A stretch of DNA of 64,000 nt from Macrostomum lignano (taxonomy: Eukaryota), in assembly GCA_002269645.1 (NCBI GenBank), contig NIVC01001206.1:1-64000 (forward strand), written 5' to 3'. Below are positions 38,711 to 50,890 of this stretch, in pieces. A program made the position numbers and the translations under genes. The notes beneath the pieces were generated by a model that made no database searches, was not told the DNA's origin, and saw nothing but the letters and a program-made list of their open reading frames with translations. Position 1 is the stretch's first letter. Each line of letters starts with the position of its first letter.

Positions 38711-39753
38711 CACTAGAAATTGCATAACCAACTGACATGTTAGAGTTGGAAATCAAGTAGACTTGTGTAAACCACAGAATATACACAGAATGGCGAATCC
38801 CGCATTTTGAGAAAATTTCTTGCACAAGAATCACATTCTATACTAGCTACTCTTGTTCTGAAGAAAAACTAAGTAGACTGAAGGGCACTTTACCAATTCT
38901 TTGCCATTTATTGCGGGGTTTGTCCCACAGAATCTAGGAAAGGAAGGCTTGATAGAACCAACCCACCCCCTTTCTAAACTGTGCTATTTTTAGAAACTAC
39001 CTGTAGAAATGTAGAAAACAGGTTTTTAAACGTTTAACCCTAACGCGCTCAAGCAGAAGTGGCCGAGAGCGGATTCGAACCCGGGGACGCAATTTATTAT
39101 GATTTTTTATTATACTTTTTGCTTTTTTCCGGAAATGTTCAAAGAAAAGGAGATTAATGAAAAATATTTTGTCATCGAGTGTTGTTATAATTATAACTTT
39201 AAAATATTAACAGTAACTAGACAAATAACTATGCAAGTCAACACCATTGCGTGTATTTTGACGACGCTTTTGCATTAATTAATTAATTAATTTGCGGTAT
39301 ATTGTTAATATTAGCTAAGTAGAGAATTGGGTCCACTGAAAATGCACCTGGTCAATAATAGTATATAATATTATCTATTATTATATTCTCTTGAACTATT
39401 GTATTCAAGTATTAGAGATTTAAAATAAATGGTTTCGTTTATCTGGGTTTGGGCAGGGCCTGCGGGTGCATTTGAACAAAAGCAAATTGAAGATCAGCGC
39501 CAATTCGAAATTTCATTCATCTGCAAATTCAAGTCCCTAAGTGTGCTTGTGCGTAAATTTCTAGAGAAAGAGTTAAGCATGCATCACATTACAATATCGT
39601 GGGCAGGTGTGCAGTTACGCAATTTTACGAATTATGATTCACTTGGATTATACGGGGATAATATTAGCCGCATCTGAGTACAAATATGTTTAGCTGTTAT
39701 TAGGAAAAATTAATAATGTTCATGTCAATGTCAGCCGCCGAATCAACTCGATC

Positions 39754-42700
39754 TCAGACTTTGTGGATGGTCGCAGTTAGGCCCGTCTTCACCTTGATGC
39801 AGTTCACCTTTGCTTTGGCATAGCTCTCCAAGTCACCGTCCCTGGCATTCGTTATCGGCTCATCCACTTTGGCTTCGCAGCAGTCCAGCTTCTTGTTGGC
39901 CAGATTGTCTGTTATGGCGGTCTTCACTACCTCGGGCGGCACAGGTACGATTGGGGTGGGCTTGGCCGCTGCCATGGTAACAGGGTGGCGATTCGCGATG
40001 CGTGAGTTTCAGGCAAGATCTTCATTAACCTGTGTCTCTCCTTGTCTGTCTCTCCCTGTCTGTCTCTCCTTGTCTGTCTCTCCCTGTCTGTCTCTCCCTG
40101 TCTGTCTCTCCCTGTCTGTCTCTCCTTGTCTGTCTCTCCCTGCCTGTCTCTCCCTGTCTGTCTCTCCCTGTCTGTCTCTCCCTGTCTGTCTCTCCCTGTC
40201 TGTCTCTCCCTGTCTGTCTCTCCCTGTCTGTCTCTCCCTGTCTGTCTCTCCCTGTCTGTCTCTCCCTGTCTGTCTCTCCCTGTCTGCCTCTCCCTGTCTG
40301 CATCTCCCTGTCTGTCTCTCCCTGTCTGGATCTCATTGTCTGCATCTCCCTGTCTGTCTCTCCCTGTCTGCATCTCCCTGTCTGTCTCTCCCTGTCTGGA
40401 TCTCATTGTCTGCATCTCCCTGTCTGTCTCTCCCTGTCTGGATCTCATTGTCTGCATCTCCCTGCCTGTCTCTCCCTGCCTGTCTCTCCCTGCCTGTCTC
40501 TCCCTGTCTGCATCTCCCTGTCTGCATCTCCCTGTCTGTCTCTCCCTGTCTGCATCTCCCTGTCTGTCTCTCCCTGTCTGTCTCTCTCACTGTGTGTCTC
40601 TCCCTGTCTGCATTTCCCTGTCTGTCTCTCCCTGTCTGTCTCTCCCTGTCTGCATCTCCCTGTCTGTCTCTCCCTGTCTGTCTCTCCCTGTCTGTCTCTC
40701 CCTGTCTGTCTCTCCCTGTCTGCATTTCCCTGTCTGCATTTCCCTGTCTGTCTCTCCCTGTCTGCATCTCCCTGTCTGTCTCTCCCTGTCTGCATCTCCC
40801 AGTCTGCATCTCCCTGTCTGCATCTCACTGTCTGCATCTCCCTGTCTGTCTCTCCCTGTCTGCATCTCCCTGTCTGCATCTCCCTGTCTGTCTCTCCCTG
40901 TCTGCATCTCCCTGTCTGTCTCTCCCTGTCTGCATCTCCCTGTCTGCATCTCCCTGTCTGTCTCTCCCTGTCTGCATCTCCCTGTCTGTCTCTCCCTGTC
41001 TGTCTCTCCTTGTCTGTCTCTCCCTGTCTGTCTCTCCCTGTCTGTCTCTCCCTGTCTGTCTCTCCTTGTCTGTCTCTCCCTGCCTGTCTCTCCCTGTCTG
41101 TCTCTCCCTGTCTGTCTCTCCCTGTCTGTCTCTCCCTGTCTGTCTCTCCCTGTCTGTCTCTCCCTGTCTGTCTCTCCCTGTCTGTCTCTCCCTGTCTGTC
41201 TCTCCCTGTCTGCATCTCCCTGTCTGCATCTCCCTGTCTGTCTCTCCCTGTCTGCATCTCCCTGTCTGTCTCTCCCTGTCTGGATCTCATTGTCTGCATC
41301 TCCCTGTCTGTCTCTCCCTGTCTGGATCTCATTGTCTGCATCTCCCTGCCTGTCTCTCCCTGCCTGTCTCTCCCTGCCTGTCTCTCCCTGTCTGTCTCTC
41401 CCTGTCTGTCTCTCCCTGTCTGCATCTCCCTGTCTGTCTCTCCCTGTCTGTCTCTCCCTGTCTGTCTCTCCCTGTCTGCATTTCCCTGTCTGTCTCTCCC
41501 TGTCTGTCTCTCCCTGTCTGTCTCTCCCTGTCTGTCTCTCCCTTTCTGTCTCTTCTTGTCTGTCTCTCCCTGTCTGTCTCTCCCTGTCTGTCTCTCCCTG
41601 TCTGTCTCTCCCTGTCTGTCTCTCCCTGTCTGTCTCTCCCTGCCTGTCTCTCCCTGTCTGTCTCTCCCTGTCTGTCTCTCCCTGTCTGTCTCTCCCTGTC
41701 TGTCTCTCCCTGTCTGTCTCTCCCTGTCTGTCTCTCCCTGTCTGTCTCTCCCTGTCTGTCTCTCCCTGTCTGCATCTCCCAGTCTGCATCTCCCTGTCTG
41801 CATCTCACTGTCTGCATCTCCCTGTCTGTCTCTCCCTGTCTGCATCTCCCTGTCTGTCTCTCCCTGTCTGGATCTCATTGTCTGCATCTCCCTGTCTGTC
41901 TCTCCCTGTCTGGATCTCATTGTCTGCATCTCCCTGTCTGTCTCTCCCTGTCTGGATCTCATTGTCTGCATCTCCCTGCCTGTCTCTCCCTGCCTGTCTC
42001 TCCCTGCCTGTCTCTCCCTGTCTGCATCTCCCTGTCTGCATCTCCCTGTCTGTCTCTCCCTGTCTGCATCTCCCTGTCTGTCTCTCCCTGTCTGTCTCTC
42101 TCACTGTGTGTCTCTCCCTGTCTGCATTTCCCTGTCTGTCTCTCCCTGTCTGTCTCTCCTTGTCTGTCTCTCCCTGTCTGTCTCTCCCTGTCTGTCTCTC
42201 CCTGTCTGTCTCTCCCTGTCTGTCTCTCCCTGTCTGCATTTCCCTGTCTGCATTTCCCTGTCTGTCTCTCCCTGTCTGTCTCTCCCTGTCTGCATCTCCC
42301 TGTCTGTCTCTCCCTGTCTGCATCTCCCTGTCTGTCTCTCCCTGTCTGCATCTCCCAGTCTGCATCTCCCTGTCTGCATCTCACTGTCTGCATCTCCCTG
42401 TCTGTCTCTCCCTGTCTGCATCTCCCTGTCTGCATCTCCCTGTCTGTCTCTCCCTGTCTGCATCTCCCTGTCTGTCTCTCCCTGTCTGCATCTCCCTGTC
42501 TGCATCTCCCTGTCTGTCTCTCCCTGTCTGCATCTCCCTGTCTGTCTCTCCCTGTCTGTCTCTCCCTGTCTGTCTCTCCCTGTCTGTCTCTCCCTGTCTG
42601 TCTCTCACTGTCTGTTTCTCCTTGTCTTTCTCTCTTAGTCTGTCTCTCCCTGTCTGTCTCTCCCTGTCTGTCTCTCCCTGTCTGTCTCTCCCTGTCTGTC

Positions 42701-45700
42701 TCTCCCTGTCTGTCTCTCCCTGTCTGTCTCTCCCTGTCTGTCTCTCCCTGTCTGTCTCTCCCTGTCTGTCTCTCCCTGTCTGTCTCTCCCTGTCTGTCTC
42801 TCCCTGTCTGTCTCTCCCTGTCTGTCTCTCCCTGTCTGTCTCTCCCTGTCTGTCTCTCCCTGTCTGTCTCTCCCTGTCTGTCTCTCCCTGTCTGTCTCTC
42901 CCTGTCTGTCTCTCCCTGTCTGTCTCTCCCTGTCTGTCTCTCCCTGTCTGTCTCTCCCTGTCTGTCTCTCCCTGTCTGTCTCTCCCTGTCTGTCTCTCCC
43001 TGTCTGCATTTCCCTGTCTGCATTTCCCTGTTTGTCTCTCCCTGTCTGTCTCTCCCTGTCTGCATCTCCCTGTCTGTCTCTCCCTGTCTGCATCTCCCTG
43101 TCTGTCTCTCCCTGTCTGCATCTCCCAGTCTGCATCTCCCTGTCTGCATCTCACTGTCTGCATCTCCCTGTCTGTCTCTCCCTGTCTGCATCTCCCTGTC
43201 TGCATCTCCCTGTCTGTCTCTCCCTGTCTGCATCTCCCTGTCTGTCTCTCCCTGTCTGCATCTCCCTGTCTGCATCTCCCTGTCTGTCTCTCCCTGTCTG
43301 CATCTCCCTGTCTGTCTCTCCCTGTCTGTCTCTCCTTGTCTGTCTCTCCCTGTCTGTCTCTCCCTGTCTGTCTCTCCCTGTCTGTCTCTCCTTGTCTGTC
43401 TCTCCCTGCCTGTCTCTCCCTGTCTGTCTCTCCCTGTCTGTCTCTCCCTGTCTGTCTCTCCCTGTCTGTCTCTCCCTGTCTGTCTCTCCCTGTCTGTCTC
43501 TCCCTGTCTGTCTCTCCCTGTCTGCCTCTCCCTGTCTGCATTTCCCTGTCTGCATCTCCCTGTCTGTCTCTCCCTGTCTGCATCTCCCTGTCTGTCTCTC
43601 CCTGTCTGGATCTCATTGTCTGCATCTCCCTGTCTGTCTCTCCCTGTCTGGATCTCATTGTCTGCATCTCCCTGCCTGTCTCTCCCTGCCTGTCTCTCCC
43701 TGCCTGTCTCTCCCTGTCTGTCTCTCCCTGTCTGTCTCTCCCTGTCTGCATCTCCCTGTCTGTCTCTCCCTGTCTGTCTCTCCCTGTCTGTCTCTCCCTG
43801 TCTGCATTTCCCTGTCTGTCTCTCCCTGTCTGTCTCTCCCTGTCTGTCTCTCCCTGTCTGCATTTCCCTGTCTGTCTCTCCCTGTCTGTCTCTCCCTGTC
43901 TGTCTCTCCCTGTCTGCATCTCCCTGTCTGTCTCTCCCTTTCTGTCTCTTCTTGTCTGTCTCTCCCTGTCTTTCTCTCCCTGTCTGTCTCTCCCTGTCTG
44001 TCTCTCCCTGTCTGTCTCTCCCTGCCTGTCTCTCCCTGTCTGTCTCTCCCTGTCTGTCTCTCCCTGTCTGTCTCTCCCTGTCTGTCTCTCCCTGTCTGTC
44101 TCTCCCTGTCTGTCTCTCCCTGTCTGTCTCTCCCTGTCTGCATCTCCCAGTCTGCATCTCCCTGTCTGCATCTCACTGTCTGCATCTCCCTGTCTGTCTC
44201 TCCCTGTCTGCATCTCCCTGTCTGTCTCTCCCTGTCTGGATCTCATTGTCTGCATCTCCCTGTCTGTCTCTCCCTGTCTGGATCTCATTGTCTGCATCTC
44301 CCTGTCTGTCTCTCCCTGTCTGGATCTCATTGTCTGCATCTCCCTGCCTGTCTCTCCCTGCCTGTCTCTCCCTGCCTGTCTCTCCCTGTCTGCATCTCCC
44401 TGTCTGCATCTCCCTGTCTGTCTCTCCCTGTCTGCATCTCCCTGTCTGTCTCTCCCTGGCTGTCTCTCTCACTGTGTGTCTCTCCCTGTCTGCATTTCCC
44501 TGTCTGTCTCTCCCTGTCTGTCTCTCCTTGTCTGTCTCTCCCTGTCTGTCTCTCCCTGTCTGTCTCTCCCTGTCTGTCTCTCCCTGTCTGTCTCTCCCTG
44601 TCTGCATTTCCCTGTCTGCATTTCCCTGTCTGTCTCTCCCTGTCTGTCTCTCCCTGTCTGCATCTCCCTGTCTGTCTCTCCCTGTCTGCATCTCCCTGTC
44701 TGTCTCTCCCTGTCTGCATCTCCCAGTCTGCATCTCCCTGTCTGCATCTCACTGTCTGCATCTCCCTGTCTGTCTCTCCCTGTCTGCATGTCCCTGTCTG
44801 CATCTCCCTGTCTGTCTCTCCCTGTCTGCATCTCCCTGTCTGTCTCTCCCTGTCTGCATCTCCCTGTCTGCATCTCCCTGTCTGTCTCTCCCTGTCTGCA
44901 TCTCCCTGTCTGTCTCTCCCTGTCTGTCTCTCCTTGTCTGTCTCTCCCTGTCTGTCTCTCCCTGTCTGTCTCTCACTGTCTGTTTCTTCTTGTCTTTCTC
45001 TCTTAGTCTGTCTCTCCCTGTCTGTCTCTCCCTGTCTGTCTCTCCCTGTCTGTCTCTCCCTGTCTGTCTCTCCCTGTCTGTCTCTCCCTGTCTGTCTCTC
45101 CCTGTCTGTCTCTCCCTGTCTGTCTCTCCCTGTCTGTCTCTCCCTGTCTGTCTCTCCCTGTCTGTCTCTCCCTGTCTGTCTCTCCCTGTCTGTCTATAGA
45201 AGAAAACGCAACTATGTACATTAGAAATGCACTTTAAGCACTTACTGTTTTTCCTGCACAGCCCATTGTTGCCTGGCACAGCTGTGTACACTGTGGCGAT
45301 AATTTTGCCGCCGCTGTCTCTCTTGACTGGCTTCAGCACGTGCACTTTAGAAGAATCTAGGAAGTCCATCGGGCCGGAGGTTGGTAGGGTACCGGAGCCG
45401 CAGCATTTGATGTAATTTTCTTGGTTCCTCTTGCAAAATTTGTTTACCTCGTCGGCGACTTTGTTTTTTAGTTCATTAATTATCTTGGGGAGCTGGAGAG
45501 AGGGCAGATGTTGCTAAAAATTAGACTATAAAATTGGGTATTAAGATTTGTTCAATTGTAGGTTGTGGGTTTGTGGGTTAAATATACCGACTGCAGATAT
45601 TAGAGTAGATAGTCGGGTAGATAATATGGTAGAGAGTAGGATGCGTATAGTAGGTTAGATGGTTTAGTAGATAGTAAGTAAGATTTATAATAGGGTCGAT

Positions 45701-48700
45701 GATATGATAAATAGTTGAGTAGATAATAGGGTGGGTGATAGGGTAGATAGTAGGGTAGATAGTAGGGTAGCTAGTAGGTAGATACATGTAGTTCGGTAGA
45801 TACTCGGGGTACATAATCGGCAGTACGCAGTCGGGCAGGCTGCTTACATCGCTGTCAGGGATGGCTTTGTCCCCTTCAGGGGCGACTGGCACCTTAAGGC
45901 CGCCGCTAATCAACACTTCGGGTATTTCACATCGCTCGCCAAAGAAGCCGGTGTGGCACAGGCATTTGCACGGCTCCGTTGGCGGCCCGGCGTCCCGGCC
46001 GCCGTTCAGGCAGGGTGTGCCTTTTCTGCGACAAGCGCCGCAGGTTGGCGACACGGTGCCGCTGCCTCCTTCATTTTGAGGGAGACAAACAACTGATGAA
46101 CACCTGATCTTATTTATTAACTATGCCATCGTCTATCCAACTATTATGTCAATATCTACCTCATTATCTACCCCATTATCTACCTCATTATCTACCCCAT
46201 TATCTACCCATTATCTACCCCATTATCTACCCATTATCTACCCCATTATCTACCCATTATCTACCCCATTATCTACCCATTATCTACCCCATTGTCTACC
46301 CCATTATCTATCCCATCATCTACCTCATTATATAACTAACTATCTACCGAATTATCTATGCAATTAATTATCCTATTATGTACGCCCTTTATTGTCTACC
46401 AAACTATCTAATTTATCGTCTACCTCATTATCTACTACATTATCTACCTGTTTATCTCAGTATAGAAATAAAAATTTACCTGAGCAATCGAGCCCTGTAA
46501 AGCCTTTCGTGCAGTGGCAGGAGCACACATTGTCCACATCCTTTCTTTCACCGCAGTTCATGCACGGAGCGTCGCAAGCTTAAGAAAAAATCATTTACGT
46601 AAAGTTAAATTAATATGTTCTATATTTTTAAGCGGCAGTAGACAACAAAAAATGAAAAGTGGATATTATGAAAACTTACTGACAACGGCTGATGGATTAT
46701 CGCGGATTATTTCGGCCTTCTCAGATCCGCTGACGCACAACTTTTTGTAACAATAACCGCGCTCTTTAGGGCACAGCTGGCACGGAGTGGACTCTTGGTA
46801 CAACATACCGGTAAATACTTTGGGCATCATGTCGTCCCTGTGAATGTGGATGTGACAAAACTATTGAAGCCAGGTTGTGCACGCCGAATAGATACCTTAT
46901 TGACGCCTATTCCAAACATCCTGGCCCAAAGCATTCGTCCGACATAGGGTAACCGCTGAGTTGCCCTGCCCACCGATGCCAACCCCACCCCATTCCTGTC
47001 TGTCTCTTATCATTTAGCCACCGATGCTACCCCACCCAATTCCTGTCTGTCTCTTATCATTTAGCCACCGATGCTAACCCCACCCAATTCCTGTCTGTCT
47101 CTTATCATTTAGCCACCGATGCTAACCCCACCCCATTCCTGTCTGTCTCTTATCATTTAGCCACCGATGCTAACCCCACCCCATTCCTGTCTGACTCTTA
47201 TCATTTAGCCACCGATGCTAACCCAACCCCATTCCTGTCTGTCTCTTATCATTTAGCCACCGATGCTAACCCCACCCAATTCCTGTCTGTCTCTTATCAT
47301 TTAGCCACCGATGCTAACCCAACCCCATTCCTGTCTGTCTCTTATCATTTAGCCACCGATGCTAACCCCACCCAATTCCTGTCTGTCTCTTATCATTTAG
47401 CCACCGATGCTAACCCCACCCCATTCCTGTCTGTCTCTTATCATTTAGCCACCGATGCTAACCCAACCCCATTCCTGTCTGTCTCTTATCATTTAGCCAC
47501 CGATGCTAACCCCACCCCATTCCTGTCTGACTCTTATCATTTAGCCACCGATGCTAACCCCACCCCATTCCTGTCTGTCTCTTATCATTTAGCCACCGAT
47601 GCTAACCCCACCCCATTCCTGTCTGTCTCTTATCATTTAGCCACCGATGCTAACCCCACCCCATTCCTGTCTGTCTCTTATCATTTAGCCACCGATGCTA
47701 ACCCCACCCCATTCCTGTCTGTCTCTTATCATTTAGCCACCGATGCTAACCCCACCCAATTCCTGTCTGTCTCTTATCATTTAGCCACCGATGCTAACCC
47801 CACCCAATTCCTGTCTGTCTCTTATCATTTAGCCACCGATGCTAACCCCACCCCATTCCTGTCTGTCTCTTATCATTTAGCCACCGATGCTAACCCCACC
47901 CAATTCCTGTCTGTCTCTTATCATTTAGCCACCGATGCTAACCCCACCCCATTCCTGTCTGACTCTTATCATTTAGCCACCGATGCTAACCCCACCCCAT
48001 TCCTGTCTGTCTCTTATCATTTAGCCACCGATGCTAACCCCACCCAATTCCTGTCTGTCTCTTATCATTTAGCCACCGATGCTAACCCCACCCCATTCCT
48101 GTCTGTCTCTTATCATTTAGCCACCGATGCTAACCCCACCCCATTCCTGTCTGACTCTTATCATTTAGCCACCGATGCTAACCCCACCCCATTCCTGTCT
48201 GACTCTTATCATTTAGCCACCGATGCTAACCCCACCCCATTCTTGTCTGTCTCTTGGCTTACTGACACCTTACATGTATTGACACCTTGCTAACACTTCA
48301 GTCCCTGTAACAACCGAAACAATTCAACAAATTAGAACTAAAAAAAACAATTTGCACCAGCTTCTTACTTTCCGCGAAAATCGCAATAAATTCTGTAAGG
48401 CTTATTGGCACCTTCGCAAGTAGACCTGGCGCAGGCAAATGTCATAGAAACGTTCTGCATCATGTTCCGATAGAACATGCACGGCCGATAGAATTCGTTG
48501 AGTTTGCATTTCCCCGCAGCCAAAGCTACTTTGCCTTCCTTTGCTATGATCGAAATGGCCTCCGAATAAGTTATCTTTGTTTTTGAAGCCACAAATGTTG
48601 ACAATCTGGTTTGCAAGGAGGAGTCGCAGCGCTGCGATTGCCAATGTGCGTCGACAGTTTCGTCCCAGGTCTGCCGAGGTAGATAGCGATAAGCGACTGC

Positions 48701-49292
48701 TATTATTAGATCCTATTGAGCTTTACCAAGCTAAAATATTGCACTTTCTAGAGAGCTGAATGAGAATCGGTGGCTGACTGATAAGAGACAGACAGGAATG
48801 GGGAGGGGGTAAGCATCGGTGGCTGACTGATAAGAGACACGCGGGAATGGGGTGGGGGTAGCATCGGTAGCTGACTAATAAGAGACGGGCAGGAATGGGG
48901 TGGGAGTAGGCATCGGTGGCTGACTGATAAAGAGACAGACAGGACTGGCATCATCAGGTTGTGAATTTGGAGCAGCCAGGGCCCAAAGCAAGGCTTACCA
49001 GATATCCCATGTCGCCAGCTGGAGGATCAGCATTTGCGCGAAAATTGTTCATAGTATCGATGGCGTCCTCCCTCTCTTTGGCCGTATCCTTGTCGACGAC
49101 ACCGTAAAACGGCCGATCTCTGGGGTCGAACCTAGCGTCTCCTTTTTTTCCAGGAACCAAGTCGATGACGTCGGTGTACCAGAACACAGTCAGGGTTTCC
49201 TCAGCCGCAACGTTTGGCTTGCTAATAGCCAACGCAATTAAAAGCATCGATAGATGCTTTAGTACCAATCGCATGGTTATTTGCTTGTCCAT
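39754..49292 (-). CDS. Secreted CAP/SCP (venom-allergen/CRISP-like) domain protein with two EGF-like domains and an unassigned C-terminal region (~519 aa), 7 exons
   Basis: Exons 49292-48999, 48670-48369, 46837-46680, 46578-46480, 46092-45848, 45492-45246 and 39968-39754. All are GT-AG, all six junction phases match, and they total 1560 nt. Signal peptide [27 protein letters not shown] hallmarks: [30 protein letters not shown]...IYCDF, and the [11 protein letters not shown]...CYKKLC hinge. EGF repeats: CMNC...[14 protein letters not shown] and CLNGG...[14 protein letters not shown]. Confidence 0.9.
40030..45195. repeat. 5.2-kb 14-bp satellite (CTCTCCCTGTCTGT and variants) filling intron 6 of the CAP gene
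   Basis: Direct reading. Source of nearly all ORFs at 39869-45224. Confidence 0.98.
45600..45805. repeat. Degenerate GTAGATA(A/G)TAGG repeat, intron 5 of the CAP gene
   Basis: Direct reading. Related in reverse complement to 46130-46460. Confidence 0.7.
46130..46460. repeat. 11-12-bp repeat (CTACCCCATTAT)n, intron 4 of the CAP gene
   Basis: Direct reading. Confidence 0.85.
46960..48260 (+). repeat. 48-bp tandem repeat (CATTCCTGTCTGTCTCTTATCATTTAGCCACCGATGCTAACCCCACCC), about 27 copies, intron 2
   Basis: Direct reading. Confidence 0.97.
48765..48950 (-). repeat. About 4 diverged inverted copies of the same 48-bp unit, intron 1
   Basis: GCATCGGTGGCTGACTGATAAGAGACAGACAGGAATGGGG is the reverse complement of the intron-2 unit. 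Confidence 0.9.
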
Positions 49293-49669
49293 CGGCGTCT
49301 TCAAAACAATGAAAAGGCTTATGTTTAGCGCTTTGACTTAGTCAATTTTTTGATGTTGCGATTCTCTGTCAATACGACAATAGGTCTTGTTTAGTTGATT
49401 ACTAAACAAATTGCCGCTACTTGAGCCAGCGGACCGATGCTCGAACAGGGACAGGATCGGCTTTGGCCACAGACTTTGCAGAGCTGTTTGAAAAGAACTC
49501 GATTTTTTGTCTATGGGCGCACGGAGGAGCGATAGAGCTTTACGAAGCGATGTACTTTTAACCGAAGCTGGAAGATGATTGTGCATGAGACCTTGTAATT
49601 TAAGAATTTGAAACATAGCTTTGAAACCTTGTCCTTGTAAGTCTTTTCAAATCCTTTCAAGCTTCAAAA

Positions 49670-49970
49670 CAGGGGCGCCCACCATGAGACAGGGGCGCCC
49701 ACCATGAGACAGGGGCGTCAACCAAGAGACAGGCGCACCAACCAAGAGACAGGGGCGTCAACTAAGCGACGGGCGACGGGTGCCTAAACAGAGACAGGAG
49801 CGCCTAAACAGAGACAGGGGTGCCTAAACAGAGACAGGGGTGCCTAAACAGAGACAGGGGCGCCTAACATGAGACAGGGGCGCCTAACAAGAGACAGGGG
49901 CGCCTAACATGAGACAGGGGCGGGGCACCATGTGGTCAAGAGATAGGGGCGCCCAACAAGAGACAGTTAG
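49670..49970. repeat. 20-21-bp repeat (GAGACAGGGGCGCCTAACA/AACA)
   Basis: Direct reading. Confidence 0.85.
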
Positions 49971-49994
49971 ATCTCGGTATTGAAAGTTTCTCTG

Positions 49995-50447
49995 TCATTC
50001 CTGCTTCGCACTTTCTTCGGTTTCCTCAGCAGCTGATCGATGTCGGCCGTCATGTCGCAGCATCTCGACACCCAAGTGGCTGTTAGGACAGCGGCAGTAT
50101 GTACGATCTGTTTGAAACATCCGTCTCAGACACAGATAGGCTCTGTACGATAACCTCAGAGGTACATGTTGATTTAGGTAACTCAGGCAGGCTCCCGCTG
50201 CACAGACGAAGAAGTGCGTCGGCGTGTTTGGCGTGGACGCTGATGACCTGCACGCTGGAGAGGCGGCTGGACTTAATTCAACCGAAGCTTCTCCGGTCTT
50301 TAAAGCAGACGAGAGAGCCAAGGGCCCCCTACTATCGAAGGCACAGCTGCAACCCTCGTTCACCATCGTGGCGATGAGCCCCAGCCTCGGCAGAACATGT
50401 TGTCGCTCAATTTTCAGACCGGTCAGGCGACATGAGGTGGCTCTTGC
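49995..50447 (-). CDS. Candidate terminal exon of a cysteine-containing protein of unknown function
   Basis: Acceptor ctttctag| followed by ARATSCRLTGLKIERQHVLPRLGLIATMVNEGCSCAF...YCRCPNSHLG...KQE*, open for about 150 codons. Upstream exons unresolved. Confidence 0.4.
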   Translation of the reverse strand, partial: ARATSCRLTGLKIERQHVLPRLGLIATMVNEGCSCAFDSRGPLALSSALKTGEASVELSPAASPACRSSASTPNTPTHFFVCAAGACLSYLNQHVPLRLSYRAYLCLRRMFQTDRTYCRCPNSHLGVEMLRHDGRHRSAAEETEESAKQE

Positions 50448-50608
50448 CTAGAAAGATGCACATGTAAATGTACAATATAGGCTGGCCGTGTTGTGTTTGA
50501 ATTGGGAATTCATGCAATTACAACAAGCATTTAAAATATCCGAAGTGACCCCCACTGCCTCAAATATATAGCATCAATTCTTGACCTAAAGCGATGGCAT
50601 GTTTGCAA

Positions 50609-50890
50609 GGAGGTATCCTAGTGGTGAGATCGTAGGACTCACAACTTGAAGGTCAGGGATTGGATTCCTGATCCACTGGAACAGTTTGTGTCCTTGAGCA
50701 AGACACTTAAATTGCTTTAGTTCACCCAGCTGCAAAACGGGATGCAAGCAGCTGGGGTAATTGAGGGTGTGTGTGGGGACCCCCAGTCCATGGACTGAGC
50801 AGCCTTATAGGTACGCAGCCTTCAGATGCGCCGTGCAATAGGTGCGGCTGAGCTGTCGGTTGCACATCTGCTCATTAGAGCAGGTGCAAT
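50609..50890 (+). mobile_element. tRNA-derived SINE (CORE-SINE-like)
   Basis: Degenerate A/B boxes (CCTAGTGGTGAGA; GGATTCCTG) followed by GTGTCCTTGAGCAAGACACTT and GTTCACCCAGCTGCAAAACGGG, then an AT-rich tail. Same family as 59365-59620. Confidence 0.8.

Noticed and set aside
39045-39095. tRNA-like B box (GGTTCGAATCC on the minus strand)
   Set aside because: No A box or cloverleaf; at most a SINE or tRNA fragment.
39869-45224. Very long ORFs (up to 1776 aa; [13 protein letters not shown] and [12 protein letters not shown] repeats)
   Set aside because: Translations of a stop-free 14-bp satellite, open in most frames on both strands, lying inside a well-defined intron.
46838-46945. Extension of CAP exon 3 upstream ([15 protein letters not shown]-like) through a frameshift
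   Set aside because: Not needed: exon 2 supplies the CAP motifs and its phase-2 donor fits the acceptor at 46838 exactly.
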